Assembly (NCBI RefSeq): GCF_009914755.1
Contig: NC_060926.1
DNA from: the human T2T-CHM13v2.0 reference genome, Homo sapiens
Length of the DNA: 64,000 bases
Reading direction: 5' to 3' (one strand)
Shown here piece by piece: positions 26,829-41,030 of this stretch. Within the stretch, counting starts at the first letter, position 1, and every line of letters begins with the position of its first letter. The notes below the pieces were generated by a model. That model was not told the origin of the DNA, made no database searches, and worked only from the letters and a program-made list of their open reading frames with translations. The position numbers and the translations under genes were made by a program.

Positions 26829-27324
26829 AAAATATTAATTTAATTTAAAGTTCTTGGATACATGTGCAGGACATGCAGATTTGTTACATAGTGTGGACAT
26901 GTGCAGGACATGCAGATTTGTTACATGGCATACATAAATGTGTGCCATGGTAGTTTGCTGCATGTATCAACCCATCACCTAGGTATTAAGCCCCACATGC
27001 ATTAGCTATTTATGCTGATGCTCTCCTTCCTCCTGCTCCCAGACAGGCCCCAGTGTGTGTGGTTCCCCTCCCCGTGTCTATGTATTCTCATTATTCAGCT
27101 TCCACTTATAGGTGGGAGCATGTGGTATTTGGTTTCCTGTTCCTGTGTTACTTTGCTGAGGATAATGGCTTCCAGTTCCATCCATGTCCCTGCAAAGGAC
27201 ATGATCTTGTTCTTTTTTATGGCTGCATAGTATTCCATGGTGTATATGTGCCACATTTTCTTTATCCAGTCTATCGTTGATGGGCATTTAGGTTGATTCC
27301 ATGTCTTGGCTATTGTGAATAATG
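26829..27324 (-). mobile_element. 5'-truncated L1PA (older, about PA8A-PA11) 3' end
   Basis: Minus-strand ORF2 remnant FTIAKTWNQPKCPSTIDWIKKMWHIYTMEYY; TSD gggagcact(a)ttttaa at 26813-26828 and 27325-27339. Confidence 0.92.
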
Positions 27325-30300
27325 GGGAGCACTTTTTAATCATCTCTGTTTATGTGTTCAGGCTGCTGGTTTCTCCCACCTCTCCATCCCTGACTCTTCA
27401 TCTCTATTTCACTCCTGTATCTGAGCACTATCTTCATATTGCTGGGCTAGGTAGCAGAGATACCAGCTGAGGATTACAGAACCCAAACCATAAGGAACTC
27501 AGCACATTTGACAAGCCATGTACATGTGAGTGAGGAGGTGAAATGGAGGGGTGTCTGTGTGTGTCTATACGTCCCCAGGCTTCAGTAGGTAAGTAATTTC
27601 CAGAAGCCTTCAAATATCCAGATGTTTAAATAAAAATCAATGCATTGTTATCTTTTTTTTCATAGTCTTCTAACTGTGATACCATATGGAAAGGCCTGAA
27701 TCCCTTAGGATGGTCTTAAGACTAAGGTAAGAGGTCAGAGAGAGTTGAATGCAAAGCCTAAATCACACGGTGTGCGTGTGTGCATTGGGTCTGTAATTGC
27801 TGTCAGCGGGGAGAGGTGTGGGATGCTGAAGCTTCTTAATAGCATGGGAGAAAGACTAACAGTGTTTTAAATCAGAAGAAAAGGGTTCCATGTGATAACA
27901 GCAGAGGAAAGAAATCATTTAGAAAAGAGAAAATGAGATCGAAATCTAGGAACACCCCCCAAAATGAAAGATAGCTTAGAAGCTACCGTTAAACAATTAA
28001 AGTTGGGAGAGAAGGAGCCGCCAGCTGATGTGGGCAAACACAAAGGTAACTAAAATTGCACAGTGGCTGAAAACTTTGAGCTGTGCTGAAGCCCAGTTGA
28101 GACTACCTGCCCATGTCCTCACCTGGCAGGATTTTCTACCTGAGCAATGTCAATATTTGCAGATGTTGTCCGGAATGCTGGGGTTTGTCAAAATAGATTG
28201 GTGAGGACTTAAAGCCTTCCGGGGGAAGGTAGAGGAGTTGGTGACACCATGAGGAAGTCAGATGGGGAAATGGCTGATTCATCACAACTCTCCCCACTGC
28301 ATAGGGTATGTACAGGCACGCATGGGGGCCATTTCTGGGTGGCAAAGACACAAGAAGCAAAACAAATGAGTTGCAGAAGACGGTCTTAGGTTAGATGGTG
28401 GTAAGAGGAACAAACAGGGTTCTTGGAGGAAAAGACCACAGGTCTGTGTTAGACAATTGTAAGGAAAAACATAGATGTGTGCGCACATGTGCACGTGCAC
28501 GCACATACACACACACCATAATTAAAGAGATCTTAGACAACCCGACCACCTAAAGTACTTTCAAATTTCACTTGGGAGCAATCCTTAGCAAGGATTACAA
28601 TCTGTGCAGATTGAAGATGACAATTAAAACTTTAACTTTCTTAAAGCCCACAAATAGTGCCTTGAGTCTTTATGGCAAGTTGTCAGGTGCTACCAAGAGC
28701 TCGCCTTTCCTATCTCTCCCTGACAACCTAGAAATATCTGTTATTCTCGCCCCTGTGGCTACAACAGTGACATAATAAGAAACAAGGGAGGAGACGAATC
28801 TCTCCCCAGACTCTCATCTAAGGAAGCCAAGGGAGGGTGAATGAAAAAGAATAGAAGATAACCATAGCGGTGTGAGTCTTGTGCTATTGATTTTGCATCT
28901 GTCTGAAAACATTACTCATTGGAATGGTGGCAGCCCTCAGGAAGAGGGTGAGGAGGTGTCCTTCTGCCAGGGAGGGCTCTGTGCTCAGGGGCCCAACACA
29001 TGCCAGGAGCTTTGGGCAGAGGAAGTCTCAGGGCTTGTTCCTTGGCCTGCCTCCAGGCTCTGATGATTTGCTGAGTGAAAGTGACAATGGTTTTAGCACC
29101 TGGAAGTTGTTTGAAGGTACAAGTGTTAGGTGGGAGTTCAAATAAATGCCAGCTTCATACAAGCCAGTAAGCAAGTAGTACCAGTGAAAATGGAAATATA
29201 AATGGTTAATAAGGTGATCATTATGGATAATAGATGAAGTAATAAAAATGTGGAGTTAAAAGGGAATTAAAGTTTCCTTGTAGAATTTTCCCCACAGTAT
29301 AGAATCCATACTATTGTTGTTATGGCATCTCACTGTAGATGGTTTGGGAAATGCTTTCCATAACACAGGCATGGATTATTAAATAACATTAGATCACATT
29401 GTGAGAAGGTGATGTCTGTTTTTAATTCTCTTTTAACCCTTCTGAGTATCTCAAAGAGAGAGAGTTTCAATTAGGTGCTGCTTCTCTGACACTTGCCAAG
29501 CTCCTTTTTTTAACAAAGAGAGAGCAAGCTTCAGGCTTAGAGACTTTGATTTGGCCAAAGCATCTATCAAGGATCTAATCTCATTGTTTGGTTTTCATTT
29601 TATCTCTTTTTTTTATGTATTTTCTATATGCAATTACTAAACCATATAAGGTTTCTTCCTTAAAAATAAATGCATTGAAATTAAAAACAGTCTATGGGAA
29701 AAGATACTAAGTACAAGTTACACAAAGAGGACATGGATAATGGAGGTGGCACAAATGTGACCAGAGTTTGGAGAACAAGGATGTTGGTCCCAGTGCAGGA
29801 AATGACTTGCCCATAGTGTCACATTTGTCTGGTGTCTCCTATGAAGGTGGAGAGAAGATGAAAGGCAGCCTCGTCTGAAAAGCATCTGGCACTCAGAGAA
29901 GCCACGTGACTTCTCTGAAGCTCTGGATCCCAAGAGTCTCAGTCCCTCCTTTTCAGGCCAAGAAACCTGAAACCCAGAGCCAACTGATCCCCAACCCTGA
30001 GGTGCATCACATCGTAGTGACAGAATTAGTCACTTTGCCTCATTTTTCTTCCATCAATTTCCTAGATCCCTGGGAGATAGAGTGAGCTGAGACCCAGGAT
30101 ACCTATCAGATGGAAAAACAGACAAGCCATTACCCTCTTCTCACTGGCCCGTGCTCCAAATCCCTGCTGCTCTGAATGCTCCCCCATAGGAGGCAGTGGC
30201 CATGAAGGGTGGTGTCAGCACAGGGTTTTGGGCCTTCTGGTGGCTGATCACTGCCTTTCCACATTGCAGCCCAGCATGACCAGCATACAAAGTGGAAAGC

Positions 30301-30754
30301 AAAAGTCCATCCTCCACTGCCTGCCATGCATCACATCCATACACAATTGCATCTTGATGGATGCGGCAAACACAACTTTATATGTCTGCCACGGCCCCAG
30401 TGACCTTTCAGATCCCTGAGTTAAAGGGACCATTATTCATCTTTATGTACAGCTTCCTATGACAGGCCTACATGATAAAGCCCAGAGACACTTTGATGAA
30501 GTAAATAATTTAGCCCCATCCATACTCACCTGCCATTCCCAAATCCTAATGTCTTTCCAGGGATTGCTTCACCAAACCAGTGGAATAATGAGTCCCTTAT
30601 TGATGACACCAGGTCAGTGTAAACTTTATGCAGAAGCTAAACTACATCGGAGAGCATATGAGTTTTACAGAAGAATATGGATGAAGAGCATTTACTTAAG
30701 CAAGGTTCTGGAAACACAAGCTTACCACACAAGTACATTTCCATTTTAAAATAA

Positions 30755-30890
30755 TGAATATTATGTGTTGGGCACCTACTATGTGCCACATGTTGTACTT
30801 GGACCTTCCATACATTGTTTCATTTAATCCTCAAAACAGCCTTCCTTGCAAGGTAGCTGTTATTATCTCCATCATACTGAGAGTTTGAAA
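30755..30890 (-). mobile_element. MIR
   Basis: gggcacctactatgtgccac...tttcatttaatcctcaaaacagcc...aaggtagctgttattatctccat. Confidence 0.65.
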
Positions 30891-31630
30891 TCAAGATGGC
30901 TTTCTGAATGTCATCCTAATAGCAAGTAATAAGGCAGAAAGCCATTCAAAAATTTTACTGGAACAAAGGAGGATGTGAAAAAATAAATGACTACATGGCA
31001 GAGTTGGATGTGAACTACAGTTGGTCTGACTCCCTTCATATTCATTCTACTGGACCTTACTACTTTTATCTCCGTGAGGGAGTTTGGTTTAAGGATAGGA
31101 GGGGGGCTGCCTGGCACCTTGCTTCCTAACAGCCCTTTATCCTGGTTTGGGGGTGCAGGACATTAGGAAGAGTGTGTGAGATCCCCATGATCCCTACTTC
31201 CCATCTTCAGATGCAGTCACAGCATAGGTTTGGTGGGATCTTGATGTGTCTTCTGCTGCTCTGTCCTGAATTCAAATGATTACTTTCCAGAGACATATAC
31301 AAGGCCAGGGAATTCCAAAGAGCAACTAGTATTGTCCAGCAGGTTTGTGAAGAGCACAGGGAAGTGGCTGCTGGATGGTCCAGCTTCACTGAGAAAGGAC
31401 TTGTCTATCTGTAACCAGTTTGTATTTTGTGGTCTGTATTTGCCTATGGCTTTAGAATCTTCCCAAGTCAGACTTGAAGAGTTTGACAAGTCCATGGATT
31501 TCTCATTCCAACTTCCCATTGACAACTGAGTCTAATGACTATATATGGGTTAAAAAGGTAACACAGACAAAGAACAGTGATGGTGTCAAGATGGTGGTGT
31601 TTTGGGTAAAATTTTCTCCTTCACAACTTA

Positions 31631-31974
<344 letters not shown>

Positions 31975-32274
31975 GGGATAGTCATACTATCAAATGTTAT
32001 CAATGAGATAATGGCTGAGAAAAGACTATTGCATTTTTAGTTGGGTATGACTTGAATCTTGAATAACTTGTATTGGAGGGCCTGGGAGAACAATGTGAAG
32101 AGATCAGGGGCAGAGTCAGAAAATGCAGATTCTCCTCCCAGTTTCAACGTTGACTGGCCTGACAACTTTGTGCAAGTCACTTGAACTTTCTGAGCTATGC
32201 TTTCCTGTGCTGATAAAGTGGCAACCACAGGGCCTTTTCTGGCTGTCTCTTAGGCCTTATATTAAGAATATATA

Positions 32275-32632
32275 CATTATGGATTGAATTGTGTACCCTC
32301 CAAATTTATAGCTTGAAGCCCTAATTCCCAATGCAACTGTATTTAAAGATAGAGTCTTTAGGAGGGTATTTAAGGTTAAATGAAGTTTTAAAGATAGGGC
32401 TCTACCAGGGACACCAGGGAGCTTTCTCTCTGCACACTCTCAGAAGAAAAGCCATGTTAGGACACAGTGAGAAGGCTGCTGTCTGCAAGCCAGGAAGAGA
32501 GACCTCACCAGAAGCCAACTCTGACAGCACCTTGATCTTGGACTTCTAGTTTCTAGAACTGTGAAATCATAAATTTTGGTTAAGTCATCCAGTCCATGGT
32601 ATGTTGTTATGGCAACCCAAGCAGACTACTGC
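32275..32632 (+). mobile_element. MLT1A-type MaLR solo LTR
   Basis: tatggattgaattgtgtaccctccaaatt...gctgtctgcaagccaggaagagagacctcaccagaa...caccttgatcttggacttc...ggtatgttgttatggcaacccaagcagacta. Confidence 0.85.
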
Positions 32633-33779
32633 AGAGTCGAAAGAGATGAGGTAAGAAAAAAGGTGTCAAGTGTCACACAGATAAGGAGCTTTCATACAGT
32701 GCTGAGGTTGAAGGCCAGGCTGGAGGGGAGCAGGGGAGGTGAAGCGGGAGAGAAGGCACATTCTGACTCCCCCTTTGAAACTGAAGAGCACAAGAAATGA
32801 GACATGAAGTAGCTTGAGGAGGTAGCACAACAGAAAGAAGTTTGGTAGGATGGAAAGCCAGGGTCTCTCCCGTGAATACTTACAAAAGAAGCAGAGATAA
32901 CCAGCCCATGAGATATTTACAAACAGTATTTACATTGGGTCATCGTAATGTCAAGCTTATCTCCATGTCTCAAGAGAAGAGGATTAGATCAAATGTAATA
33001 GTCCTTAAAAAATGGATGTTCCCTGATTCTAAAAGCTCTGCATGGATGGAGCTTTCATGTATTCAGGTTTGTGACTCACTGACAGGTGTGAGATGGAACT
33101 AACTCATTGCTTCACACAGGAAATATTCCCGTGCTCCTAACACAAACTGATTTCATGCCAAAGGCATGACTCTAAAGCACAAACACAATAAGGCATGTAG
33201 CTGACCTGGCCAAACAGAGGATGGCAGATTGCACTGTAGGATCTGTAATCTTTCTGCTCCTCCATTCCTGGCTCTGATCTGGATTTCAAGTTCATGTTAC
33301 TGGTGATGCCTTTCTCTTCTCTTGATACTGTGTATCTCATTGCATAAATGATGTCCAGAGTAATGCATTGGTATCTGTCTACACCCCTTCCAGTTCAAAT
33401 GTCCCCCCAGGCTCTATAATGCTAAGGTGGCAAAGCTATGGCACAATTAGAGTAAAGCCTTGGAAAAGGTGGCATAGAGGGTGCAAGGGGCAGGAAAACT
33501 GAAGGGGTGAAACACACATGGCAAAGATGACAAGGTAAATCCCTGTTTTGAAAAGGCAGTAATTCAGGTTCTTCATGCCTCCTTGTGCCTATCAAGTGTT
33601 ACCTAGGGAGGAGGTTCCCGAAGGAAGGACAAGTATGAGACACAAAAGGCACACAGTTCTACATCCTGGTCCATACTCACCCATATCTCCTTCACAGATC
33701 TCAGGTGTTGTGCCCAATCACAGCTACACACAACAAAGCCAAGCACACAGCATCTAAGCCTGCCGGGGTGGGGGATGGG

Positions 33780-33994
33780 AGCAGCCAATGGTAAATGTTT
33801 AACAACCAGCTTTGGGTAAGAGGGTAAGAGAGGAGGTAAGCTCTGCTCTGTAGTATTTGCTGGTTTCTATAGCATAAATACCCCCGCCATCATCAATTTC
33901 TAGCTACCAACAAAAACTCACTCCATGGAGTCAGAAAGAGTTGTGTACAATTAGGTCTCGGGGCACTGGGTGAGCTGACTGCAACACACCCCTG
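33780..33994. mobile_element. MER63A-like hAT DNA element
   Basis: ggtaaatgtttaacaacc...taaatacccccgcca...ttctagctaccaac...gcaacacacccctg. Confidence 0.7.
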
Positions 33995-35910
33995 AGAGGA
34001 GGGAAATAAGGCTACTAACAACTGCTGAGTGTCTTCTATGCACCACTCACCCTAAGAATTTACATTATTATTTCATACATATAAAAAATTCCCTTCCTGT
34101 TTTTAAATGATGGGGTTTCAGATTAAACTCCATTTGCCTTTTACCAAGCACATGTGAGTGTACTGGTATAACCAAGGTGGTGCCTGGCTCCAGTGAAACA
34201 TAAGAACCCCTGATCTGGCTGATGGTGCCATATAGAGGGGAGAAGGTCACCTGTCCGGAGACCTCCATTTCTGAGGACCCACCATCCAGGGCTGCATTTC
34301 CTCTACAACATTTCCCACCTGGGCTTCACGTAGTCATGCTCATGGATCACTTATCATGTGTTAGGACTGAGCTGGACACTAGGGCTGTACATCCCTCCAA
34401 CACACACACAATCTAGAATGTGCTGTTCAAGTTCACACACACATACACATCTCCCTAATGGACTCCATGCTAGGGGCTGTATAGGGAATAAAGATGGTGC
34501 CAACTTGGTCCTGATCTGAAGATGTGTACAGTCCTTCCAGGAAACCAGGACCTGGGTATGACAGATTGTGAAGCATGATGCTCCATTAAGAGATAAACTT
34601 CATGGGATTTCAGACTGGAAGACATTATTTCTAGATGAAGACACCATCAAGAAAAGCTTCATGGAGGAGGCTGAAGAACATCCCAGTAAATACGGCTGAC
34701 TCCGACAGAGTACAGCACATTCATGCCTTTCTCCAGCCAGTATTTCCTGAGCCCATCTACTAGAGGTTCCGCACTGTGCCAGGCACCAAAGAAGATTCAA
34801 AAATGTCTTTTCCAGGTGTCCTCACCTCATATTTAGGTAAAGGCCAAACATCCATTTCAGTCTGGGCAGTAAGTGCCCAAGAAAGATGCAGCAGAGATGT
34901 CACAAGCTAGAATCTCTTAGCACTAAGAATGAGGGTTTGAGGGGAATTAGGGAGTGGATGGAGGAGGAGGAGGAGGGAAAGCAGGCTAAGGAAATAACTG
35001 TGTTGAGGGCTCAAGGTTGCATATTCTTGTTACACCAGAAGCAAGGAGTCACTGTCTCCCCCAAGACAGCCTGCTAAATTCATTATTTATATTAAAAAAG
35101 AAGAGGCATAAAAATAAATTTCCTAGAACTTACAGGGATATGGGTGTCTGTTTCTTTATAAAATGAGAGGCCCTGCCTTGCACAAATAATGGCCCACTGT
35201 AGTAATATCAGCTTGTAACCCGGACCCGATGCTGAACTCTACAGCATCCACATCTGCCGACTCCAAGTGTCTCATCTAAACTCAGTCTGTTCTCCTTGTG
35301 GAACCCCGTAACTCACAATTGTGTGGCAAATAGCATCTATATCATCAGTCCCATAAGCAGCTTCCTGGGAAAGATCCTTCTATCATTCATATCCAGAATG
35401 AATAGAATTTTAGTGAATTGAATTCTATTAAGTCCATGGCTGTCATGTCTGGAAGAAACTTAAGGAGAGAAAGAAAGGATAAGTTCATATTTCAGTAACA
35501 TCCGAGAGGCTATCTCTTTAAACCTCTCTTCCAAAGTCTGGGGCCTGATTTCTCCCACAGTGGTACAAGGAATAAAGAAACTTGGGGCTGACCTCCCCTG
35601 GGGTGCAACAGCCCAGACTCAGGTCCCTGGAAGAAGAAAATAACAAAAATAGCTAATACTTTGAGCACTCTGCAAATGTTAACAGCAACCCTAGGAGGCA
35701 GGCATACTATTCTGTTTCATAGAAGAGGCACTGAGGCCCAGCGGCTAACTGACTTGTCCGTGTTATGCTGCACTGTAAGTGGTGGAGCTGTGAGTTTAAT
35801 CCAGACAGCCCAGTGGTGATCCTCCCAGTTCCCTTCATGGTGGTATATATGTCCTTTCTCCAGTCAAGCACCTCATCTCTGCTTGGGAGTTAAGAGTCAG
35901 GCATGACCAA

Positions 35911-36223
<313 letters not shown>

Positions 36224-36239
36224 AAGAGTCAGGCATGCC

Positions 36240-36420
36240 TAAGCCTGAATCTTGGGTCTGCTTTACTAGTTGCATGAATTTGACCATGTTATTTAACTTA
36301 TCTGAGCTTCAGTTTCCTCCTATGTGAAATGGGACTAATCCCTATTCACAGGATTGGTATGAGAAATTGTAAGTACAATTTAAATGTACTTACAGTGCCT
36401 AGCAACTAGTAAACTGTCAG
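36240..36420 (+). mobile_element. MIR
   Basis: ttatttaacttatctgagcttcagtttcctcctatgtgaaatggg...cagtgcctagca. Confidence 0.7.
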
Positions 36421-36659
36421 TGCAGGGAATGTTAGTGGCAGTAGTCGTGGTGGTTGTGATTTAGAATCACAGAATGCCAGGTTTTACAAACCCTCTAATT
36501 TAATCTGAAATGAATGAATGAATGAATGAATGAGTGGACGGACTCGGCCTCAGTGTAACATCTAGCATCTAGTATGGTGCGGGCCATTAGTGGAAAATCA
36601 TAGAAATCTAGAGTGTTTTGCAAGGTATGTCTGGAACCTCAGATATTCCTGGTGAAACT

Positions 36660-36830
36660 GTCTAAATTGAGTTTAAATCCCACTTCTATCACTTAATAAT
36701 GGTGCAACATTGGATAAGTTCTTAGGCTTTCTTAGGCTTTGTCTTCTTGTCTGTCAAATAGGATAACAGTAACTTGCAAGTTGTGAGGACAGCAGTCGAA
36801 GTTTGGAAAAGATTTAGCACAGTACCTGGA
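36660..36830 (+). mobile_element. MIR
   Basis: gagtttaaatcccacttctatcactta...ttggataagtt...gtctgtcaaataggataacagta. Confidence 0.6.
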
Positions 36831-38464
36831 AAGATTTTATACAGTCACTACTAACCTTCTTAATTTACTTAAAAATAAAGGGGAAGGGGTAGCAGGAGCT
36901 ATTCATTAAAGTCTCTGAGTGACCCCGCTATTCCTGGCCTACCATATGTTTAATATAAAGAGTTCTGTTTAAAATCTGGTTGTTGCAAAGAAGGTGAGGG
37001 AGGCACTGGGACTCTGCGCCGGGCCCCTTCTTCCACCAGTCCCTCTCTGAGGAAGGAGAAGTTCTTGTTTGGAACTCTCCTGCTGTTGGGCTGTAGAAAG
37101 GTCTCTCGTGTGGGATTCACAGAGGAGGCCATGCAGGGTTGCCTGGAATCAACTGTTTTAATGAATAATATTAAGGTAGTAGTGACATTATTAATTAATG
37201 AAGTAAGAATGTAATGAAAGATCAAGGAAACAAGGACCAGGAATGGGTTGGCCAGATGCCTCCTCGTACCTCCTGTCCACTGTCCTCCAACTTCTGCTAC
37301 CTGATGCGCCCCTGAGACACTGACCCAAAACTGAGGCCCTGGAAATTCCATATACACTCTTTCTCCTGGCTTTGTGTTTACAGTCCCTTTGTGTAAGGAG
37401 TCCATGAATGTTTAGTTACCAGCCTGTTCTCAAAGAATTTGAAAGGAGGCAAATAGCTTTAATCACATTTTACAGGGAAGAATGAGAAACACAAGACCGG
37501 GAAGCAAGTGAATTAGGGCCACATGGCCAACGGCATTTGTGTGTCTGGACAGACCCTGTCTCCTTGGGGTTGGAGGCGCTGGTAGAAAACTGCCTAATTT
37601 CTTCCACAAGTACACATTATGAATCTGCTGTGATTACTGTAGGCTATTCGAGAAGATAAAGTATTTTTAACACACAGCTCAAGCTTTCTAGTTAAGGAAA
37701 CAAAACAAATCCACATGAAACATTAAGTAATAGATTCATTCATTCAGGCAAGCAGGAATAACAGGGACATTTGCAGACAGAGGTTCACCTGGGTGAGGGC
37801 TGGGTGGTTCTGAGCAAGCTCTTCCTTTCTCTAAACCTGTTTCCTTCTCTCTAGAGGAGATAAAAATAATCTCTGCCTCACGGGTTGTTGCATCGATGAG
37901 ATACTTACATACATATATGAAAGTGCTTTGTAAACAGTGGCCTCCTAATCCAATAGACCTTATTATTATTATTATTATCAGTGAATGCCTACTTTGTACA
38001 AAGCAACATGCCCAGCAGGCAGGGGATGAAGGATTCATCAAGAAAGGCGATTCTAAAAGTGTTTACTAATTATACGCTAATAAAAAAGCCTTCCCAAGAG
38101 AGCAAGCACCAGAGGAAAGATGCCGACAATAACAGCTCTGAGTTCCAAAGAGGGAGGCTGTCCAGTGTTGGAAGGAAAGTCTGGGCCACAAGGTCGGTCC
38201 CCCTTGGTTTCTAGCCAGCTCCACACCACCTGGCTCTGCGACCTTGAGCAATTGGCTGTGCCTCTCTGTGCCTCTGACTTCTCATCTGTAAAATTAGGGG
38301 GTTGGATTTAATTATCTGCACAGCTCCTCCCAGCCTGACGGGATGTGATGTATGGTCTATGAGGGGCTAGGCCTTGAAAGCTGAATCAGATTTCAATAGA
38401 GGAGTGGGAGCTCATGAATAAAGGCACAGAGGCTGAGACAGGAATATGCAAGAGAGAGGGAACA

Positions 38465-38650
38465 ATAAAAAGAGCTGACATTTATTGAGTGCCTAACTTT
38501 GGGTCCTGTTTTAAGTGCTTTGTGCATATGAACTCATTACATCCTCACAACAACCCTAGGAGGTAGAAAACTGTCCATTCCTCTTTTACAGAGGACACGA
38601 TGGAAGCATGGGGAGCTTCAGTAGTAACCTGCCCAAGGTCACACAGCTTC
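38465..38650 (-). mobile_element. MIR
   Basis: gctgacatttattgagtgcc...atcctcacaacaaccctaggagg...ttttacagagga...aacctgcccaaggtcacacagc. Confidence 0.75.
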
Positions 38651-39909
38651 AACACTGCCACTTATTGCTCCAGCCTGAGACCAACCAGGTGGGAGTTCAA
38701 GGTTTACATACAAGAGGAGGTGGGTGTGTCACACTAAGGGGTGGGGTGTGGGGGATGGGTGGGTGGTGACCTGAATACTGATCTTAGTCCTAGTCCTTTC
38801 TTTGATTTCTCTGTGACAACTGGATAGGTCAGCTTTCATGGATCTCAGTTTTAACTAGGACAAATTATAAATCATACTGCATGGTTGGAGTGGGGGACAA
38901 GATGAGAGGTGAATAAACAACGTGACTGCAAGATGGCATCTTTTCTATTGGCCTTATCTGTGCCTGTGAGCAACATGGCTGGGCCATGTCTTCTGCCACT
39001 TGTCTGTCCAGCCAACCACTCTGTCCCAGTGGAGGGGACCCGCAGGTTGGAAAAACTGAAAGTTTCACAATGGAGAGTCAAAACAGAAAGAGTGCTTAGG
39101 GATCATCTGCCCAAATTCTTCTCCACTACCATTATACTGACTTGGAAACAGAAGCTCAGGGAATTTAAATGGTTTGCCCAAGGACCCGCCCTCCGTCCCT
39201 CCCTTCCTCCATTCCTCTCTTCCTCCCTTTATACATACCACTGTGTTTTGTCCAAGTCCACATAGATGCAGGGCAGAGCTAAACACACACAGATTAAACA
39301 AAAGTAATGAAGAGAAAAGAGCCCCCTGATGCGGAAATGGAAGGAATTCTCGGAACTTAGAGCTGGAGGCCTTAACTTGGGCCAGGGAACTAGAGGATGC
39401 CTTCTATAGAAATTGTTTAAACTGAGCTCTTAAGACTGGATTATCTAATTTTAGAGAAAGCAAGAAATGAAGCCAAAAACCAAGCGCTTATGGCCAGTCC
39501 TCATCAGGCCTGTGCTAGAATACTAACGCTGTATTTCCTCTCGCCATCCAGTGTTTCTCCACAGAGAACAAAGTGCATTACAGATACCCTCTTGGCTCGC
39601 CAAACTCCACTGTGCGAGAGGCAGGGAGTCAGACTTATTATTCCTCTTATTATCTCCTATTACTGTTTGCTTCCATTTTTCCCAGAGTTGTGAATTTATA
39701 AAACTGACAGGAGTTTTGATGTGACCCGGATTATACAAACACCTGCATGGATGTCACTGCTGTTTTCTCTCTCTCGAAGAGAAATGACTGCAAGTGTGTG
39801 TGTTTGAAGCAATTTGGTCATTATACCGTTTGAGTTTTTCCCTTTTCCCTGGCCTATTTTTAGATTTCTTCTTTCATTTCCCGAGCTCTATTAGAATAAG
39901 GTTTTCATT

Positions 39910-40335
39910 TTAATCACGCTCTCTGGGCAGGCCAAATTTAGGCATAATGAAAACAAAAAGTGTTATGCAAAATGAGACGTTAGAGGAAGCCCGGCCCGGC
40001 GCGTGCCTTGCATACCCAACACGCTGGCTGGGAACAGCGCGCAGGTTTTCCACGCTGGCCCAGCTCTGGAGCCTCAATCTGCAGCGCCTGCTGTTCGCCC
40101 CCAAAGCAAGGCAGCCTGTTAGTGCTCCAAGAATATTCCGTTGCATAAGAAATATAGCATCAAACTTTTCTGTCCACCGTGCCTCCAGCAGCGCAGTAGC
40201 AGATATAGGGTTTGACTGTGGCTGGCACAGCGTGAGGCGGCCCTGGCCACAGTTTCTGCAAAGGGAAATGAGACTGGTCAGGTTCTGGATTGGGTGGGGC
40301 TGCAGAGATATCATTAGTAATATGCAGATTGACAC
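39910..40335. promoter_or_regulatory. CpG-enriched non-repeat element, candidate enhancer or promoter
   Basis: 17 CpGs in about 325 bp, in a CpG-depleted background and with no recognisable repeat; TTATGCAA twice; GCGTG/CACGC five times. Confidence 0.5.
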
Positions 40336-40339
40336 CTAG

Positions 40340-40770
40340 GGTCTTGGTTCTGCACTCTAGCTGCATGTGAGAATCACCTGGGATGCTTTTAAAACCTACT
40401 TCCTTTGGAAGGCACCCCAGACCAAGTGAATCAGAACTTCTGAGGGTGGCACATAGGCAGAAGGTTTGCTTTTTCTTTAATATCCACATCCTCCACTTTA
40501 CCACCATACCTGTGATCCCAAGTCCAGCCAGAGTGGAGAAATACTGCCCCCAGGAAAAGAAATATGGGGGAAGGGAGGAGACATCTTGTTGCTGAAAGTG
40601 TAGTTCCTGCCTCTCCCGTCCCTCCAATCAGGATCATCAGGGAGCCTGTTATAAATAAAGAATCTCAGCCTCCAACCAGAACCTATTGAATCCAAATTTG
40701 CATTTTTAACAGGATCCCCCAGACTCCGGGAGATTCATGTTCACATTACAAACTGAGAAACACTGTTTTA
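40340..40770. mobile_element. Two MER5-type hAT fragments
   Basis: gagaatcacctgggatgcttttaaaa...ccccagacc...gaatcagaac and gatcatcagggagcctgttataaa...gaatccaaatttgcatttttaacaggatcccc...tgagaaacactg. Confidence 0.7.
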
Positions 40771-40799
40771 TTCCTGTTTTTTTCATCCAGGGCTATGTG

Positions 40800-41030
40800 T
40801 AAAGCACTAAGAATGCCTAAGAGCCCAGATTCTGCAGTCACTGCTGCCTAGGTTTGCTCTGCTGCTCAATTCACATGGGATACGTTACACAGCTTCTTCA
40901 TATCTCAGTCTCCTCATCTGTAGGATGAGTTATAGCACTTACTTCACAGGATTCTTGTGTGAAGCAGATTAGCTAATACTGCTTGAAACACTGCTGGCTT
41001 GCGCGTGTTCTCTGAGTGTTATTATTACCA
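40800..41030 (+). mobile_element. MIR
   Basis: tctcagtctcctcatctgtaggatgag...cacttacttcacaggattcttgtg. Confidence 0.6.

Noticed and set aside
27579-27594. 10-nt microexon (cag|GCTTCAGTAG|gtaagt)
   Set aside because: The polypyrimidine tract is weak, the length is not frame-preserving and no host gene is evident.
31260-31420. Possible L3/CR1 remnant or coding exon
   Set aside because: The resemblance is too weak to call by eye, and the ORFs match no protein I recognise.
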